A stretch of 64,000 bases of DNA from positions 32,001-96,000 of IMG/VR virus record IMGVR_UViG_3300042566_002057; one strand, 5' to 3'. This document shows positions 60,620 to 64,000 of the stretch, piece after piece. The number at the start of each line of letters is the position of its first letter. Position 1 is the stretch's first letter. This DNA is from a virus. Under the pieces are notes generated by a model. The model ran no database searches. It worked only from the letters and a program-made list of their open reading frames with translations, and was not told the DNA's origin. Made by a program: the position numbers and the translations under genes.

Positions 60620-61942
60620 ATGAAAATATTCAACTACATAGAATTCCTAAACGAAAGTGTTTCACTTAATAAAATTCCTACTTATGAGGAATCAGTTGAA
60701 ATGTGCTCTGGAGAAGATGCTACATTTTATGAGTCAAAATATGAAGTTGAAGGATTCCCAGTTTCTGTTTTTAACTATCGTTTAGCTCAATACAAAGACT
60801 TTGATATGCCTGTTCCATCAAAACCAGAATTAAAAGGTTTTGAGATGCGAGGTCTTACTTTTGTATTCAATAAAGATGGTTCTCTTTATAACAGATATGT
60901 ACTACTTGAAAAGTTCTTTAACTTGAATCAAGTTCCTAACTCTATGTATTCTGTTGTTAAAGATTACAAAATCAGATATGTAAATAATAAAGAAGATGGT
61001 TCAATTGCTACTTTTGTGAAATTACCAAACGGTAAAGTAGTTGGTAAATCTAAAATGGGGTTTGATAACGATCAAGCGAATGGTATTAATAAGATATACA
61101 AAACTAATCCAGATGTTAAGTCATTTGTTGATTGGTCACTAAATAATAATATTGTTCCTATATTTGAGTATGTTGCTCCACATAATAGAATCGTTCTTAG
61201 GTATTTAGAAGAAGAGCTTATTCTTTTAAGACTTAGAGATAATAAGACTGGTAGACATATTGATATAAAAGAACATTTAGATAAGATTGGTTCTATCAAA
61301 ATTTCTCCGTTTGAGGATGATAATACTTTAGATGATTTGATTGAAAAGTCAAAATCAGAAGTAGATAAAGAAGGATGGATTGTTCAGTTTGATAATGACC
61401 ATATGGTTAAAATTAAAACTGATTGGTATTTCCAAAGACACGGTTTACTTACAAATGATATTTACAGAGAACATGTTATCATTGGTTATATCTTAGATGA
61501 TTTGATAGATGATGTTATTGCTCAAGTTCCAGAAGATGAAAAAGAAGCACACGAAAGAATTAATAAAATAATCTCAATCGTTAAAAAGGATTTAAGAGAT
61601 AAGGTTGATGAAATTAATAAAGCTTATAAAGAATTTGTTAATTCTGGTATGAGTAAAAGAGATTATGCTATAAATCATAGAGTTGGTAATCCTAACTTTG
61701 CTTTTGTTATGAATATGGACAAAGCAGAACAATTAAAGAAAATGTCTAAAGAAGAGATATTGGATATCTATGATGATATGGAATCCTATGAGTCCTCATT
61801 AAAAAGATGTGAACCATTTGAGATGGCTAAAGAATTTATTAGAAACCAAACTAAGAGATTAGAAATTGCTAGAGAATGGTTAGAATCAAAAGATTCTACT
61901 CTATTTTTTAGAGACCCTGAAGAATCTGAAGATGATAATTAA
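60620..61942 (+). CDS. T4 Rnl1-family RNA ligase
   Basis: EMRGL, KFFNL, KEDGS (motif I), FEY...NRIV, EGW and VKIKTDWY. Confidence 0.9.
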   Translation: MKIFNYIEFLNESVSLNKIPTYEESVEMCSGEDATFYESKYEVEGFPVSVFNYRLAQYKDFDMPVPSKPELKGFEMRGLTFVFNKDGSLYNRYVLLEKFFNLNQVPNSMYSVVKDYKIRYVNNKEDGSIATFVKLPNGKVVGKSKMGFDNDQANGINKIYKTNPDVKSFVDWSLNNNIVPIFEYVAPHNRIVLRYLEEELILLRLRDNKTGRHIDIKEHLDKIGSIKISPFEDDNTLDDLIEKSKSEVDKEGWIVQFDNDHMVKIKTDWYFQRHGLLTNDIYREHVIIGYILDDLIDDVIAQVPEDEKEAHERINKIISIVKKDLRDKVDEINKAYKEFVNSGMSKRDYAINHRVGNPNFAFVMNMDKAEQLKKMSKEEILDIYDDMESYESSLKRCEPFEMAKEFIRNQTKRLEIAREWLESKDSTLFFRDPEESEDDN

Positions 61943-61967
61943 AGAGAGTTTTTAACTCTCTTTTTTT
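61941..61967 (+). terminator. intrinsic terminator
   Basis: AAAGAGAGTT/AACTCTCTTT plus T tract. Confidence 0.7.
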
Positions 61968-61978
61968 ATATATAGTAA

Positions 61979-62776
61979 GTGAAATATCTAAAGTCTTATA
62001 AAATATTTGAGAGTTACAATACATTCGGAACTAAATCTATAACTGAAAAAGAGTTTGATCAGATTAGAAAAGAGAATTGTAAAAACTGGACTAAAGCTGA
62101 AACTGAAATATTCAGAGGTATGCCAAATTTAGGTGATTATTTGTTAGTAGATCCACTAAAGGGTGACTTTAGAAGTTCAATTGAAGATACTAACATTCAT
62201 TTAGACCTATTATCAAATCTACCAAGTTGGAAAGATTATCCTAAATATGAAAGATGTATTATAGGTGGAACTCGTGGATCAGCGACTGGTACTTATGGAG
62301 AAGCTGTCTATGAAATGATACCTTTTGATAATACAAAAATTGCGGTTTGTCCAGAATCAACTATTTGGGAATCATTTGGTAATGATTATGACAGATGGGG
62401 AGGTGACATCTATTTAGTTGAACATTTTTTAGACTCAATTGACTTAGATACAAGTTGGAATCAGATTGGTGGTGGAACTATTGAGACTAAATTAAAATCT
62501 TTAGGTAATAGTTTTCACGGAAGTAAAATTTCAGAAATACCTAATAAAGATCAAGAATCAGTAGATAATTTTTTAATGAGACATGCTGAATTTAGTTGGA
62601 AAAGACCAAATGAAATTACTGGTGAAGATTGTTTTAATTTTATAAACAACAGTCTTTTTAATCCAAAAGTTAGAGGTTTTCAATTATTAAACTATGACCA
62701 AAACTTCAGTACAGAAAAAGGTAAACAAGTGTGGACAGAAGGTCCGGTATTACTTATCAAATCACATTTAGTTTAG
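61979..62776 (+). CDS. putative internal head protein (MKYLKSYKIFES)
   Basis: Shared N-terminal motif, GTG start, TATATA upstream. Confidence 0.6.
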   Translation: MKYLKSYKIFESYNTFGTKSITEKEFDQIRKENCKNWTKAETEIFRGMPNLGDYLLVDPLKGDFRSSIEDTNIHLDLLSNLPSWKDYPKYERCIIGGTRGSATGTYGEAVYEMIPFDNTKIAVCPESTIWESFGNDYDRWGGDIYLVEHFLDSIDLDTSWNQIGGGTIETKLKSLGNSFHGSKISEIPNKDQESVDNFLMRHAEFSWKRPNEITGEDCFNFINNSLFNPKVRGFQLLNYDQNFSTEKGKQVWTEGPVLLIKSHLV

Positions 62777-63057
62777 AAACTCTTGAAATCTTTTACACCA
62801 CCGATGTTTTGTAAAATTGGTGCTGTGTTTTTTATACCAGTAACTGGTCTTACTGTCTGAACTTTATCTACATTTATAACTGAATTCATTTCATCGGGAT
62901 ATTCTGTAAAGTAATCAATAAGAAATTGCTCATTTTCCTCTTCTGATTTTTCATCATCCCACATACTACGAAGTTGAGTTTTATTTAACTCAACATAATC
63001 TCTCACCTTTTTATTTAAATCAGGATTCCATTCAGACCATTCTTTTATGAACTTCAT
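62773..63057 (-). CDS. hypothetical late protein (MKFIKEWSE)
   Basis: 94 aa; AATATATA upstream. Confidence 0.6.
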   Translation of the reverse strand: MKFIKEWSEWNPDLNKKVRDYVELNKTQLRSMWDDEKSEEENEQFLIDYFTEYPDEMNSVINVDKVQTVRPVTGIKNTAPILQNIGGVKDFKSF

Positions 63058-63067
63058 TAATTATATA

Positions 63068-63298
63068 TTAATTACCTAATATCGATTTAATCTTTGAGTC
63101 TCTTATCTCTTGAACTACTAATTCTTTTAGAAATCTATATGAAGACCTTTTACCCGACTTATGATTGTAGTAAATTTTTATATGATTTCTATCATCTATA
63201 TAACCACCGTATTCGCAATATAATGGAACAAAACCTTTTGTTCTCATATTATTAAAATACCAACAAATACTTTCATCATTAATCATACTATTATACAA
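63068..63298 (-). CDS. small hypothetical protein with C-terminal RDSKIKSIL motif
   Basis: 76-aa ORF. Confidence 0.55.
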   Translation of the reverse strand: MYNSMINDESICWYFNNMRTKGFVPLYCEYGGYIDDRNHIKIYYNHKSGKRSSYRFLKELVVQEIRDSKIKSILGN

Positions 63299-63352
63299 TA
63301 TTATTTTATTTTGTTAAACTTTTTTGGCATAAGAAAATATAAAATTAAGAAA

Positions 63353-63403
63353 GTCAGAAAAACTGACAATTTGTCATAAAATAAACTTTGGCAAATAAAT
63401 TGA
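63353..63403 (+). promoter_or_regulatory. sigma54-like -24/-12 promoter with upstream palindromes
   Basis: TGGCA-N6-TTGA (63389-63403); TGACA-ATT-TGTCA (63364-63376). Confidence 0.55.
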
Positions 63404-63426
63404 TATAATCATTACTAAAAAATTAA

Positions 63427-64000
<574 letters not shown>

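Noticed and set aside
15355-61299. Short ORFs nested in or antisense to long genes (e.g. 15355, 16161, 17836, 27357, 38000, 39114, 49542, 54984, 61072)
   Set aside because: Fully contained in well-supported CDSs and consistent with alternative-frame noise

Overview
AT-rich segment of a large T4-like jumbo/huge phage, most likely infecting a Bacteroidota host. The phage call rests on gp32-like SSB, neck-like and tail-tube-like genes, Rnl1, NrdB and many small unknown ORFs; the host call rests on repeated TTTG-N20-TAnnTTTG promoters. The standard genetic code appears to be used. The main find is at 3219-4016: a 31-codon leader peptide with a P-Q-P-Q-D-Q-D codon run, mutually exclusive antiterminator and terminator helices, and then a tRNA array ordered Gln-Pro-Asp-Gln-Pro-Asp. 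This looks like a ribosome-stalling attenuator that turns on phage tRNAs when those same tRNAs are scarce. Also present: an rRNA-operon-like locus (three tandem promoters, boxA-like motifs, tRNA-fMet, a ~900-nt GOLLD-like RNA, three tRNA-like genes with abnormal anticodon arms); a cloverleaf RNA with insertions in all three loops; a small late-promoter RNA; an ~18-kb, 21-gene glycan/fucosylation island; dispersed RNA-repair and translation-rescue genes; DnaK/DnaJ/GrpE/Clp chaperones; and two recurrent short protein tags (an N-terminal capsid-targeting-like motif and a C-terminal R-x-x-K-I-x-x-L-L motif). All product calls come from motifs read by eye; no database searches were run.
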